Assembly: GCA_964647595.1 (NCBI GenBank)
Contig: CAZYGH010000002.1
Coordinates: 3,599 to 67,598 of the forward strand
DNA length: 64,000 nucleotides
Direction of reading: 5' to 3'
From: an uncultured Verrucomicrobiota bacterium
GTDB lineage: Bacteria; Verrucomicrobiota; Kiritimatiellia; CAIQIC01; Lenti-01
In this document: positions 49,127 to 59,293 of the stretch, piece after piece
How positions within the stretch are numbered: the stretch's first letter is position 1
Layout: each line of letters begins with the position of its first letter
Translations under genes and position numbers: made by a program
The notes under the pieces: model-generated
The model's input: the letters and a program-made list of their open reading frames with translations, nothing else
Databases searched by the model: none
Told to the model about the DNA's origin: nothing

Positions 49127-50194
49127 ATGACAATGAAGGAAAGAACAGCCATGAACGTATTGTTGAAGCACAAGAAGTGGGGATCCATTGTGGTGTTGGC
49201 GTGTGTGCTGTCGGGGGCTGGGTGTGTGAGTCATTCGCAGTCGATGGCGATGACGTCGAATTTGCTTGGGGAGGGCGGGGGAGAGCCCGCGATGTTCAGC
49301 GATGAAACCAGTTTGAAGCAGGTGATGGAGACGAAGGAATTGTTGTCGCTTCAAAAGGAAGAGTACTTGGTGGGGCCGGATGATGTGCTGGAGGTGAGCA
49401 TTTTCGAATGGGAAGCCAATGACCAGACGAAGACCTTGCCCTTGCGAGTGTCGGAGACGGGCATTATTTCCCTGCCGACGGTAGGGCCGTTGCAGGTGGC
49501 GGGCAAGTCCATTCAAGATATTCAAAGTTCGATTGAAAAAGAGTTGGTGACTCGGAACGTATTGCAATCGCCGAGGGTGGGTGTGCGGGTGAGTGAGTTT
49601 CGTAGCCGCCAGATTTCTGTGATTGGGGCGGTGAATCAGCCGGGTTCGTATGCGATTCATCAGAATGTATCGACGTTGCTGAATATGCTGACGCTGGCGG
49701 GTGGGCCGCAAGAGAGCGCGGGAGCGATTGCGTATGTGATTCGCGAGGGAGAAGGAAAGACGTCGACACGAATCCAAATTGATCTGAGTGAACTGTTGGA
49801 AACAGGCGCTGGAAATCTGAATCCGGTGTTGAGTGCGGGGGATGTGGTGTATGTGCCGAAGGCGCCGTTAATTTATGTGTATGGCGAAGTGAAGCAGGCG
49901 GGCGCTTTCACCTTCCGAAAGAAATTGCGTGTGTTGGAGGCTATCGCGTTGGCCGGTGGCTTGGGCGATATGGCCAATCGGAGAGAGATTTCCCTCCTGC
50001 GGCGGTCTCCCACGGGAGAAGAAAATATGCACAAGTTGGATTTGGCCCGGATCGAGCGAGGGGAGACGACCAATATTTATTTGCGCGATGGTGATGTGGT
50101 GCATGTGCGAGCGTCCGGGGCCAAGATGGTCGGGGCTGAAATCTTGAATTTCGTCCGCGGCATCTTCACTTTCTCTTACTCGCTGAATAAATAA
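49127..50194 (+). CDS. wza: Outer-membrane polysaccharide export protein Wza
   Basis: Lipoprotein signal (LSGAGC), Poly_export domain (GPDDVLEVSIFEW...LPTVGPLQVAGKSIQDIQ), SLBB repeats. Confidence 0.8.
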   Translation: MTMKERTAMNVLLKHKKWGSIVVLACVLSGAGCVSHSQSMAMTSNLLGEGGGEPAMFSDETSLKQVMETKELLSLQKEEYLVGPDDVLEVSIFEWEANDQTKTLPLRVSETGIISLPTVGPLQVAGKSIQDIQSSIEKELVTRNVLQSPRVGVRVSEFRSRQISVIGAVNQPGSYAIHQNVSTLLNMLTLAGGPQESAGAIAYVIREGEGKTSTRIQIDLSELLETGAGNLNPVLSAGDVVYVPKAPLIYVYGEVKQAGAFTFRKKLRVLEAIALAGGLGDMANRREISLLRRSPTGEENMHKLDLARIERGETTNIYLRDGDVVHVRASGAKMVGAEILNFVRGIFTFSYSLNK

Positions 50195-50235
50195 CAAGCT
50201 GCACACGCCTCTATTTTGGAGGGATTGGGATACCT

Positions 50236-52419
50236 ATGGACGATTGGACAAACGAGGAAAGCCGTGGGCTTCATTTGTGGGATTATGTGGCAGTGGTGCA
50301 GCAGCGTCTGCCGATTGCGGCCGGCATTTTCCTATTGGTACTGCTGTTGACAGCCTTGTATGCCTGGACGCGGACGCCGCTGTATACGGCCACCTCCCGG
50401 CTTTTGATTGAAAGCGGGGGGGTGAATCTAACGGCGATGAAAGATGTCTACGATCCGATGCGATCGAGCATGATGCAACGGGATATCATTCAGACGCAGG
50501 TGCAACTCATCAAGTCGACTCCGGTGATGGAAGCGGTTCTTCAGCAGGGTTTTCTGATGCAGAATCCGCAATTTCAGGAAAGCAAGGATCCGGTGCGAAC
50601 CTTGGCGAATTCGATTGAAGTAGCTCCTGCGCGAAGCGGGTATGTGTTGGATGTGAGTTCCGAGCGGGCAGATCCGAGAGAGGCGGCCCAAATCGTCAAT
50701 GCGGTTGTGGACGCCTATTTGGCGGGAAACCGACAGCGTCGCATGGGCGTTTCGGACGATGGAATTCTGGAGTTGAAGAAAAAATCTGAAGAGTTGCGCT
50801 TGAGGTTGGATGCGGCGACGAAAGAGCTACATTCGCTGATGGTGACCAACAAGATGGTTTCGTTTGAGGATGCGCAGAATATCGTGGTGGAGAGGCTCAA
50901 GGGGCTAAACAACAATTTGATGACGGCGCAGCCCTTGCGGATTCAGGCCGAGGCGCGATACCGCACGGCAGAAGAGTCCCGGAAGACTGGAAATCCCATG
51001 GAAAGCATTCCCGGCGTCTTGGAATCGACGGTGATTGGTTCCTTGAAAATGGAATTGGCCCGTCAGGAGCAGCAATATTCGGAAATGCAGGCTCGCTTAG
51101 GAGAAAACCATCCCCAGCTACAAAGTGTGATCGCGCAAATCAACGCCTTGAAGGCCAAGTTGGAGTTGGAGTCGACCAACATCATGGATTCCTTGAGGGG
51201 GCGATACGAGCAGGCCCGCAACGAAGAAAAGATGCTGCGCGAAGAGTTGGCGAAGCAAGAAGAGAATGTGATGCGCTTCAATGAGCTGGCCTCACAATAC
51301 AACCTTCTTCGGCAGAGCCGGGATTCCGTGCAAGAGGCGTACTCGAGCATCATTCGGCGCATCGACGAGTTGAGTGTGAGCCAGTTGAGCGGGCAGGGCA
51401 ACAATGTGTTCGTGGTTTCGCGGGCGGAAGTGCCACAAATCCGATCTTGGCCTTCCCATGGGCGGATGATGTTAATCGGAATTTTCTTTGGTGGCTTATT
51501 GGCGGTGGGGTTTTGTTTCTTTCTGGATTACATGGATACGACGATCAAAGGAGAGGTGGACGTTCGGAATCTGCTCAATAGCCCTGTCATTAGCGGGGTT
51601 CCTTCGGCCGAGAAGGAAGCGGATGAGGAGATGTTTGACGATTTGTTTGCGTTGAAAAAGCCTCGTAGTCATTTTGCGGAAGCTTTCCGGACGGCGCGAA
51701 CAGCGTTGGCCTTTAGTTCAACGGACAAGCCCTTGCGGTCATTGGTGGTCACCAGCACGATGCCATCGGAGGGGAAGACCCTGACGGCGATCAACATTGC
51801 GATTGCCTATGCGCAAACCGGCAAGCGAACTCTTTTGGTGGACACGGATATGCGCAAGCCGCGTTTGCACAAGGTGTTCAAGGATGTTCACGAAATGGGC
51901 ATGTCCAACTTACTGGTTGCGGCTTCGGGTACGGTGTCACCGGAGCAAGTGATTGTTCCAACGGGAATTGACAATCTGTTTTTCCTGCCGACGGGACCCA
52001 TACCGCCCAATCCCGTTGAAATGCTCGATTCTGTGCGGTTTGCCCAACTGATGGACGATCTTTTGAAGCGTTTTGATCTATTGATTTTTGATGCGCCGCC
52101 GGTATTAAACTTGGTGGATGCTTTGGTGATTGGCAAGCGGGTGGACGGGCTGTTGCTGGTGGCGAGGACCTTTGTCACCAACAAGTATGCGGCTCAGCAG
52201 GTGGGCAAGCAGATTGCCATTTCGAAGGTAAAGATGCTCGGCGTGATTCTCAACAACGTGGATATGCCGGCGGGGACGTCCTATTATTATTCGTCGTACT
52301 ACAGCCGATATGGTTCCTATTACTACGCCGAGGAAGGCAAGGGCCACAAAGCCAAAAGAAGTAGTTGGCTGGGACGGCTTTCGGACAAAATGGGCTTGGG
52401 TCGAAAGCGGAAAACATGA
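50236..52419 (+). CDS. wzc: Wzc-type polysaccharide co-polymerase / bacterial tyrosine kinase (BY-kinase)
   Basis: Two TMs flanking a coiled-coil periplasmic domain. Walker A SEGKTLTAINIA, Walker B LLIFDAPPV. C-terminal Tyr cluster SYYYSSYYSRYGSYYY. Confidence 0.85.
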   Translation: MDDWTNEESRGLHLWDYVAVVQQRLPIAAGIFLLVLLLTALYAWTRTPLYTATSRLLIESGGVNLTAMKDVYDPMRSSMMQRDIIQTQVQLIKSTPVMEAVLQQGFLMQNPQFQESKDPVRTLANSIEVAPARSGYVLDVSSERADPREAAQIVNAVVDAYLAGNRQRRMGVSDDGILELKKKSEELRLRLDAATKELHSLMVTNKMVSFEDAQNIVVERLKGLNNNLMTAQPLRIQAEARYRTAEESRKTGNPMESIPGVLESTVIGSLKMELARQEQQYSEMQARLGENHPQLQSVIAQINALKAKLELESTNIMDSLRGRYEQARNEEKMLREELAKQEENVMRFNELASQYNLLRQSRDSVQEAYSSIIRRIDELSVSQLSGQGNNVFVVSRAEVPQIRSWPSHGRMMLIGIFFGGLLAVGFCFFLDYMDTTIKGEVDVRNLLNSPVISGVPSAEKEADEEMFDDLFALKKPRSHFAEAFRTARTALAFSSTDKPLRSLVVTSTMPSEGKTLTAINIAIAYAQTGKRTLLVDTDMRKPRLHKVFKDVHEMGMSNLLVAASGTVSPEQVIVPTGIDNLFFLPTGPIPPNPVEMLDSVRFAQLMDDLLKRFDLLIFDAPPVLNLVDALVIGKRVDGLLLVARTFVTNKYAAQQVGKQIAISKVKMLGVILNNVDMPAGTSYYYSSYYSRYGSYYYAEEGKGHKAKRSSWLGRLSDKMGLGRKRKT

Positions 52420-53132
52420 TTGATCTGCACACCCATGTCTTGCCGGGTCTGGACGATGGGGCGGCGGATGACGCTGTGGCGCTGGCGATGTGCCGCATGG
52501 CGGTGGCCGACGGTATTTCTACGATGGTGGCTACGCCGCATCTATTTGGTGGAGTGGGTGTAACGGACCCCGGTATCATACAGGGCGCGTTGGAACGATT
52601 GAAAAAGCTCTTGGTAGCGGAACAGGTGAATTTGGAACTCCGGTTTGCCGCGGAAATGCCCTTGATGGAACACGTGGTGGATCTCTATCGATCCGGAAGT
52701 TGGCCGACCTTCGATGCGGGGCGCCGGTATGTGCTTTTGGAAATGAGTTCCATGCGGAATGGGTTGGCCATCTTGCGCGACATTGTGTTTCGGTTGCGAA
52801 TCGAAGGGGTCACGCCGATCTTGGCTCATCCGGAGAGACTTGATTTTTTGGATGAGCCCGAGGCGATGGAGGGGTTGCAGATTCAGGGGGCTTTGGTGCA
52901 GATCACGGCCCATTGCCTATTTGGGACAAGAGAGAGGGAGCGATTGCGTGCCATCGAATGGCTGCAGCGGGGCTGGGTACATGTGGTGGCATCGGATGCG
53001 CATGATGTGGTACGTCGTCCTCCCTTGCTATCGCCCGCCCGGCGGTGGTTGGTTGAGCAACTGGGGGAGCAACGGGCGGAAGAACTGACGCGCGGGAATG
53101 CGCGGAAGATTCTTCAGGGAGTTTCGATCTGA
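52416..53132 (+). CDS. PHP-family (CpsB/CapC-type) manganese-dependent protein-tyrosine phosphatase
   Basis: MIDLHTHVLPGLDDGA and ATPHL motifs. 4-nt overlap with wzc stop. Confidence 0.75.
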   Translation: MIDLHTHVLPGLDDGAADDAVALAMCRMAVADGISTMVATPHLFGGVGVTDPGIIQGALERLKKLLVAEQVNLELRFAAEMPLMEHVVDLYRSGSWPTFDAGRRYVLLEMSSMRNGLAILRDIVFRLRIEGVTPILAHPERLDFLDEPEAMEGLQIQGALVQITAHCLFGTRERERLRAIEWLQRGWVHVVASDAHDVVRRPPLLSPARRWLVEQLGEQRAEELTRGNARKILQGVSI

Positions 53133-53137
53133 AGAGC

Positions 53138-56100
53138 ATGAGTCGTGGTGGGCATTCCAGGCGGCGGCGGGAGCGGAATTTCTTTGGGAAGTTCTTTGCG
53201 GGACTGGTCGTAGTATTCGCATTTGCGGCGACGATTCCTGTCGGTAGCGTTGGATTTGTGGCCATGCAGGGCGTGGCGGCATTGGCTTGGATGTTGGGGG
53301 TGATGGGAGTATGGGGAGGGAATTCACAGGATCCTGTAGAGTCGAAATCGGCAGGGAGAGTCTGGGGCGTGTCCGTGGGTCTCCTGTTGGGTTGGTGCGT
53401 CATCCAACTGATCCCTCTGCCGAAAAGTTGGGCGGGCGTCTTTTGGTTAGGCGATACTGAGTTATTGAAGTGGATTACGGTGGAGGCCCGTGGGTGGACG
53501 ATTGCGGTGGATCGCTTTGTTTCGTTGCATACGTTCTTGCTATGGAGCGGGCTTGGCGTGTTGGCGTGGGGGTGTTCGCGGCAGTCCAACGGTTCGTCGA
53601 CGCGGTCTTTCCTTCTGTTCGGGCTGATGTGGATCGGAATCCTTCAGTCCATTCTTGGCATTTTCTTTTTGAAAGCGCCGACTGGACGCATTTGCGGGAC
53701 TTTTGGCAGTCCGGATGCTTTAGGGGGCTTGTTGGCGATGACCTTACCGGTGACGGTGGGGCTGTTATTTTCACACATCCATTGGCGCGAGCGGAGGGGA
53801 TCGTCGATTCTGCATCGGCTGGGCTACGATTGGACGGTGTGGAGAAATGTACTGTTTGTGGCGGCCTTGGGGATTCAGTGTACCGCCTTGTATTTCACCG
53901 GATCCAGAGGGGCGGCCTTTGGAACCTTGGTGGCCATGAGCATATTGCTGATTTGGCTTGGAAAAGAGAGGGTCGAATTGCGGTCCCGCCTACTCCTTGC
54001 CGGGTTGGCTCTCTTGGGGCTCATGGTGGTGTTTGGCATTCAGGGGCAACGGGCGAATTTAATGGAGCGCACGTTTGGCCAGTCCGGGGAATTTCAACAG
54101 GCAAAAGCCTCGCGAATAGAGATTTGGCAATCGGCCATTACATTATGCACGAAGTTTCCGTTTGGAACCGGGCCGGGGGGAACGGTTTTGATGTTGCCGA
54201 TGTTTCAGACGGGGGCCTACGGACGATTTCGGTTGAATTATGCGCATAATGACTCCCTGCAATTTTTAGGCGATTTGGGATTGATTGGTTTTGGGGCGCT
54301 GGTGTGCGCCTTGGGTGTGGTGTTGGTTCGGGGTGTGCGGGGGTGCCGAAAAAACAGCCAAGGGCGGAGCGAATCCGTTTGGCTGATTCGCGGCACTTGG
54401 GCGGCGGTGTTGGCGGCTTTGTGCCATGCTCAAGTCGAATTCAATCTGAGCGGTAGGCCGGCCATTCAGGTGGCCTTTGCGGTTTTGTGTGGCCTCCTTT
54501 GGGGGGCAACGGTGGGCGGCGGCGTGACGGTCGAAACACCGGGCGGAACGGTGCGTAGAAACTGGTTGGTGCGAGTAGGGGTTCTGTTGCCGATTTGCGG
54601 GTTGGCTGTATTCTGTTCTGCCCGAGCCGCTTGGGCGTGGCGACTTCACGAGGGGGCTTCGGCGGCTCTGGGTCTTGCCTTGGACGAACATCTCTGGTTT
54701 GAGCGACCCGATGTGAGTCTTGAGGAAGCTCCTTCGGTATTGGAAAAAGCCAAGGAACTAGCGCCTGGATTTTCAAAAATCCACAGTACGGCGGCAGAAG
54801 CCCAACTGGTCTGGCAGGATCAACGAATCCAGCAAGCGGCGCGGGATATTGTGGCATCGTCGGATGAAAACGTGCCGGATGGTTGGTTGATGGACGCCCT
54901 TCTTCCGGCGCAAGAGGCGGCCTTGAAAATGGCTGGCTTGGCTCTGCGTGTGGAAGAAAGGACAACGATGGAGGCGGCTTTACACGAGGCCGATGAAGCC
55001 GTTCGTCTCGCTCCATGGGACTCGATGGCGCGGCTGATGAGGAGCAAGGTGTTATTCCGTGGGCATTCTCGAAAGCTGGGAGATGCGGATGCCGCTCGCC
55101 GTGCGAGGAACGATTTGGAATTGGTCACGAGCTTGTATCCGCTGGATGCGGGTGTGTTGGCAGATGCGTGTTTGGCGTTGTCAATGAGCGAGGACGATCC
55201 AGAAATCGTGGAGGATTTACTCCACTGGGGTGGGCGGGCGTTGGAGATGGATGCTTCGTTGTCGTTGACGGTCTTACGCGCGTGGCAAAGGGCTCAGATT
55301 CCCGTAGATCGCATGTTGGATATTCCACAGTTGCCGTTTTCCTTCCTCTGGAGTCTCTATACCCATCTTCAAAAGCAAAATCGGGATGAAGAGGCTGGGG
55401 ACTGTTTGCTTGCGCTGGAAAATGGCCTTGAAAGGGAACAGCCTCCCAGCGATTCCATTCTATGGACGGAGGCCCTCTGGAAAAACTGGAATATTCTGCG
55501 GGCTCAATATCGTCTTCAAATTGCCGCAGAGCGAATCAAACGATGCTTGCGGGCTGGTGATTGGGAGGGACTGCACAGGCTTTCAGAAACGCGTGCCACA
55601 CTGCGGCACGATCGATTTCAAATCGAATGGGATCGAATGGGGTTGTCCGAAACATCCTCCCCTGTTTTGCGTCGGTTGCGCTTGCGGGAATGGGAGGCGA
55701 AGCCGGGCCTTTTTCCGGAGTGGATTTTGGAATGGCATTTGCTCGAACTGGAATCGGGAATGTCGGCAAAATGGACGCAAGAAACACTGGTTGAAGTGAT
55801 ATTGATGGATGGAATTTCTTCTGAAAACCTGAAGCGGCTGAATGCCTGTCGATCCACCATGGCCGATGCAAAAATGTTGGAACGTTTGGTGGATGCGAAG
55901 AATGCGGAGTTGGTTGGAAAATCGGCCGAGGCGCTATCGATCTTGGGGGCGATCTTGAATCGAGAACAGATTCCGCCTCGATTTCATCACCGCATTTGGC
56001 TGTGGCGAGCGAAGTTGTTGGAACGAGATGGAGAGTCGACGGCTGCGGTGGAGGCTCTTCAAAAGGCCGCGTTGATTTGCCCGTCCGATCTCGATATTTT

Positions 56101-56554
56101 GGAAGCAATGGAACGGCTGGGATGTGCTCCTCAAGACGATTGGAGCGACCTGGGGCCGAAGTTGGACATTGGATTCAAAGGGGAACGATTGACGCTCAAG
56201 CAAGCCTATTTTTCAAGGGAGACGGAAGGAAACAAGGGCCTTCAGTTGCAATTGGTATGGCGTTTCAGGGGGGGACTTCCGCCGGATCTCAAGATAGAGG
56301 TTCGAATTCGGGGTCCACAAGGTCAGGTTTTGATGAGAAAAAACACGCTAGTGGATCAAGAAATGCTGGCCCGCTTTAACCGGGGAAATCCTATTCCGGG
56401 TTCTCAGTGGACATGGACGGTTCCGGTTCCGCCTAAGGCTGAAGAAGGGCAACGGGTGGAAATTCTGCTGTTGTCTGAAGACAAACTGATGACATCCGAT
56501 GAAGGATTGTCCTATGTGGAGCTGAATATGAAAAAATTGCCCCTCATTCCGTGA
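53138..56554 (+). CDS. O-antigen ligase (Wzy_C/WaaL) domain membrane protein fused to ~700-aa C-terminal helical/TPR-like domain
   Basis: ~12 TM helices with TGSRGAAFGTLVAM Wzy_C core in the first ~450 aa. Remainder soluble, Leu/Ala/Glu-rich. Confidence 0.65.
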   Translation: MSRGGHSRRRRERNFFGKFFAGLVVVFAFAATIPVGSVGFVAMQGVAALAWMLGVMGVWGGNSQDPVESKSAGRVWGVSVGLLLGWCVIQLIPLPKSWAGVFWLGDTELLKWITVEARGWTIAVDRFVSLHTFLLWSGLGVLAWGCSRQSNGSSTRSFLLFGLMWIGILQSILGIFFLKAPTGRICGTFGSPDALGGLLAMTLPVTVGLLFSHIHWRERRGSSILHRLGYDWTVWRNVLFVAALGIQCTALYFTGSRGAAFGTLVAMSILLIWLGKERVELRSRLLLAGLALLGLMVVFGIQGQRANLMERTFGQSGEFQQAKASRIEIWQSAITLCTKFPFGTGPGGTVLMLPMFQTGAYGRFRLNYAHNDSLQFLGDLGLIGFGALVCALGVVLVRGVRGCRKNSQGRSESVWLIRGTWAAVLAALCHAQVEFNLSGRPAIQVAFAVLCGLLWGATVGGGVTVETPGGTVRRNWLVRVGVLLPICGLAVFCSARAAWAWRLHEGASAALGLALDEHLWFERPDVSLEEAPSVLEKAKELAPGFSKIHSTAAEAQLVWQDQRIQQAARDIVASSDENVPDGWLMDALLPAQEAALKMAGLALRVEERTTMEAALHEADEAVRLAPWDSMARLMRSKVLFRGHSRKLGDADAARRARNDLELVTSLYPLDAGVLADACLALSMSEDDPEIVEDLLHWGGRALEMDASLSLTVLRAWQRAQIPVDRMLDIPQLPFSFLWSLYTHLQKQNRDEEAGDCLLALENGLEREQPPSDSILWTEALWKNWNILRAQYRLQIAAERIKRCLRAGDWEGLHRLSETRATLRHDRFQIEWDRMGLSETSSPVLRRLRLREWEAKPGLFPEWILEWHLLELESGMSAKWTQETLVEVILMDGISSENLKRLNACRSTMADAKMLERLVDAKNAELVGKSAEALSILGAILNREQIPPRFHHRIWLWRAKLLERDGESTAAVEALQKAALICPSDLDILEAMERLGCAPQDDWSDLGPKLDIGFKGERLTLKQAYFSRETEGNKGLQLQLVWRFRGGLPPDLKIEVRIRGPQGQVLMRKNTLVDQEMLARFNRGNPIPGSQWTWTVPVPPKAEEGQRVEILLLSEDKLMTSDEGLSYVELNMKKLPLIP

Positions 56555-56644
56555 AAAGGAGTGGTCGCAGGCTTGATTTTGCCCCCATCAACCAGCTAGA
56601 TTAGGAATGATTTTGGTTGAGGATGTTGAGGACGAGCACAGGAG

Positions 56645-58801
56645 ATGAAGATGAAGAGGATGATTCAAATTGGGTTGGCGGGATTGTGCTTGGCCGTCCA
56701 TAGTGCTTTCGGACAGGTTGCAGACGAGTTGCCGATGTTGTGGGAGGTGACGCTGGAGGGAGGGGTTCTTCAGCAAATGCCATTTTCGCCCAAGCCGATA
56801 CGGATTTCAACCGATGGGGGGAACTTGATCTTTCAGCCGAACGAGATGGTGAGAGTGGAATTTCCCATGATCGATCAATGTGTGGTCACGACAGTGGGTG
56901 GCGATCGCTGGATCTTTGCGGCAAGACCTCAAATTCTATTGAGCCTTGTGGAAGGCGAGAAAATACGATCGGCTTGGGATGCGGTGAAGTCCGTTACTTT
57001 TTTGAATCCAACCTCGCCGCCGGAATCGTCTGTGCTTTCCTGGAAGGTTGAACTTCAAAACGGGACGATGGTGAATGTGATTCCAGATGGGGAGATCATT
57101 CCGATTCAGACCACCTATGGGAAAGTCGATCTTCCTCTGGGCATGCTTCAGGGGGTGGAAACCGGCGAGGTGAATAGAATTGAAATTTCACCGGGCGGCT
57201 ATGCGTTGAAGGGCCTCGTTTCCGACTCCTCTCTTCTTGGAAAAGACTTCGGAGGACGGCAATTATCCATCCCTTGGAAATCAGTTGCAAGATTTTCGAG
57301 GCCCGAACGGTTGTCGCCCGAATCACTTCAATTTGAGCAGGAAGTCGCCGTGCGTTTGAAGGGGGGCGAAGAAGAGAGTACGAAAGTTCAGGTGATGATT
57401 CTATCGCTGGAAGGACGCGGTGGATCATGGGTTTTGCCTTCCACTCGCCTCTTGCAGATCCAAAATAATCTAGATGGAACCCATTCCATCCAAACCACGT
57501 TGGGTGAGTGGCTAACGGGAACCATTAAACCCAAAGAAATGACACGGGTGGAAGAGGGCGTGGAGACGAAAGTTTCGTTTTCGGATTGCATCTCCATGCG
57601 CTGGTCCAACAACAAACCGATGGACATGCCCACCAATAGTGTGGTGTGGCGACTGACCACGGGAGATTTACTGGTAGGGGAATGGAAGACCGATTCGATT
57701 GTGGTTCCGGATGGTTCTGCCAGCCTGATGAGGGTGCGAAACTCTGCTTCGGTAGCCGATTCCCGCCTGCCCGTTCAGGTGAATGGGAAGTGGACGGTTT
57801 CCTCCTTCCTTCTTCGACATGGATGGGATGGAGAATCCCTGAAAGTGTCCTCCGCTTTGGTAGAGGCCGTTCGTTTGGGGCCTATTTCGCAGATGCCTCC
57901 GACCCTTGTGGCGATGGGGCCCTCGGCGTTTTGGAGCGATGAAGTGCTGTTGCCGGGTGGATCGTTCCTCATGGGGCGCACACGAGGCGAGGGGGCCGAT
58001 GATGAGGTTCCGCCGGTGGAGCTTTTCTTGGAGCCCTTTTGGTTGGCATCGACACCGGTCACCGTTGCGCAATTTGCGGCCTATGTGCAAGCCACGCGTA
58101 CGGTGACGGATGCCGAGCGGATTCCTTCGGGGCCCTCTTGGCGGTCTCCCGGTTTTCCGCAACGTCCAGACGATCCCGTGGTTTGCATCTCGTGGCGGGA
58201 TGCCATTCGCTATTGCAATTGGCGTAGCAGCATGGCGAAGCGAACGCCCTGCTATGAGATCAGCAAGGATGCGCGCGAGATTGTGGTGTATCCCGACCGC
58301 AACGGATATCGCCTGCCGCTGGAGGTGGAACGTGAATATGCGGCGCGGTCCGGTGGGCTCGATGTCACATATCCGTGGGGTGAGGAGTCGGACATCGAGG
58401 TGGTCGTGGCCTTGGCCAACTTCCAGTATTCGGGGACGGGGATGGACCCGTGGCCTTGGACCAATCCGGTCAAAGCGTTTCCGCCGAACCCAGCCGGATT
58501 TTATGGCATGGGTGGCAACGTGTGGGAGTGGTGCCAAGACCTGTATCGGGCCGATGCCTATTCGGGTGCGTTGCGAGGCGAGGGATTGGAAAGCTGGCTC
58601 AATGCCACTCCAGGTCGTGACGAGCGGCGCGTCATGCGTGGAGGATCTTTCAACAACGCGCTTGACTACTTGCGGTGTTCAGCCCGCGGCTTCGGAATCG
58701 AGCGCATGAGCGCTTCACGCATCGGATTCCGCCTGGCTCGCAACAATCAGGCGGGTTTATCGGAGAAGGAGCCTTCGTGGCCTCGTTTTCGCTCCAATTG
58801 A
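56645..58801 (+). CDS. Secreted protein with C-terminal formylglycine-generating-enzyme (FGE/SUMF1) family domain and ~430-aa uncharacterised N-terminal region
   Basis: Signal peptide. C-terminal GGSFLMG..., GGNVWEWCQD, RVMRGGSF motifs of PF03781. Confidence 0.7.
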   Translation: MKMKRMIQIGLAGLCLAVHSAFGQVADELPMLWEVTLEGGVLQQMPFSPKPIRISTDGGNLIFQPNEMVRVEFPMIDQCVVTTVGGDRWIFAARPQILLSLVEGEKIRSAWDAVKSVTFLNPTSPPESSVLSWKVELQNGTMVNVIPDGEIIPIQTTYGKVDLPLGMLQGVETGEVNRIEISPGGYALKGLVSDSSLLGKDFGGRQLSIPWKSVARFSRPERLSPESLQFEQEVAVRLKGGEEESTKVQVMILSLEGRGGSWVLPSTRLLQIQNNLDGTHSIQTTLGEWLTGTIKPKEMTRVEEGVETKVSFSDCISMRWSNNKPMDMPTNSVVWRLTTGDLLVGEWKTDSIVVPDGSASLMRVRNSASVADSRLPVQVNGKWTVSSFLLRHGWDGESLKVSSALVEAVRLGPISQMPPTLVAMGPSAFWSDEVLLPGGSFLMGRTRGEGADDEVPPVELFLEPFWLASTPVTVAQFAAYVQATRTVTDAERIPSGPSWRSPGFPQRPDDPVVCISWRDAIRYCNWRSSMAKRTPCYEISKDAREIVVYPDRNGYRLPLEVEREYAARSGGLDVTYPWGEESDIEVVVALANFQYSGTGMDPWPWTNPVKAFPPNPAGFYGMGGNVWEWCQDLYRADAYSGALRGEGLESWLNATPGRDERRVMRGGSFNNALDYLRCSARGFGIERMSASRIGFRLARNNQAGLSEKEPSWPRFRSN

Positions 58802-58836
58802 CTTGCGCGGGAGATGCAGACGGGGTATAAAAAAAT

Positions 58837-59184
58837 ATGATTTGGCGGCGTCAAAATCCTTTGTTTCGAGCAGTACTTCTTGCATGGGCGGTTGGACTCT
58901 CGGTTCAGTGGGGAGTGGCTCAAGAACCCGTGGGGAAGATGGTGATTTTTGATTCTGTTGGGGAAAATCTCAAGGATCAGCGGGTTCAGGATCGTGTGAA
59001 AGATCGCCCGATTGGAATCACGGATGAAACGTTGAGAATCGATCGTGAATTGCGGCAGGGCGAGGCGGTGGTGACCACGCGTTCCATTAAGGCGGACCCC
59101 AATGCAGGGCCGCGTGTTCGGGCGCGTGCCACGGTGGATGAGGATCGGGCTCGTGTGAAGCGGGAGGTCGCCATATCGCAATAG
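58837..59184 (+). CDS. Small secreted hypothetical protein (115 aa)
   Basis: N-terminal signal peptide. No recognisable domain. Confidence 0.4.
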   Translation: MIWRRQNPLFRAVLLAWAVGLSVQWGVAQEPVGKMVIFDSVGENLKDQRVQDRVKDRPIGITDETLRIDRELRQGEAVVTTRSIKADPNAGPRVRARATVDEDRARVKREVAISQ

Positions 59185-59293
59185 GTTGCGATGTGAGAAG
59201 TCGATTCTGTTCTTGAAGTTCACCCTCCTGACAGGACATACTCAACAGAGTGAATTATGGAACGTCAATTAAGAGAACCAGCTAGGTGGCGGA

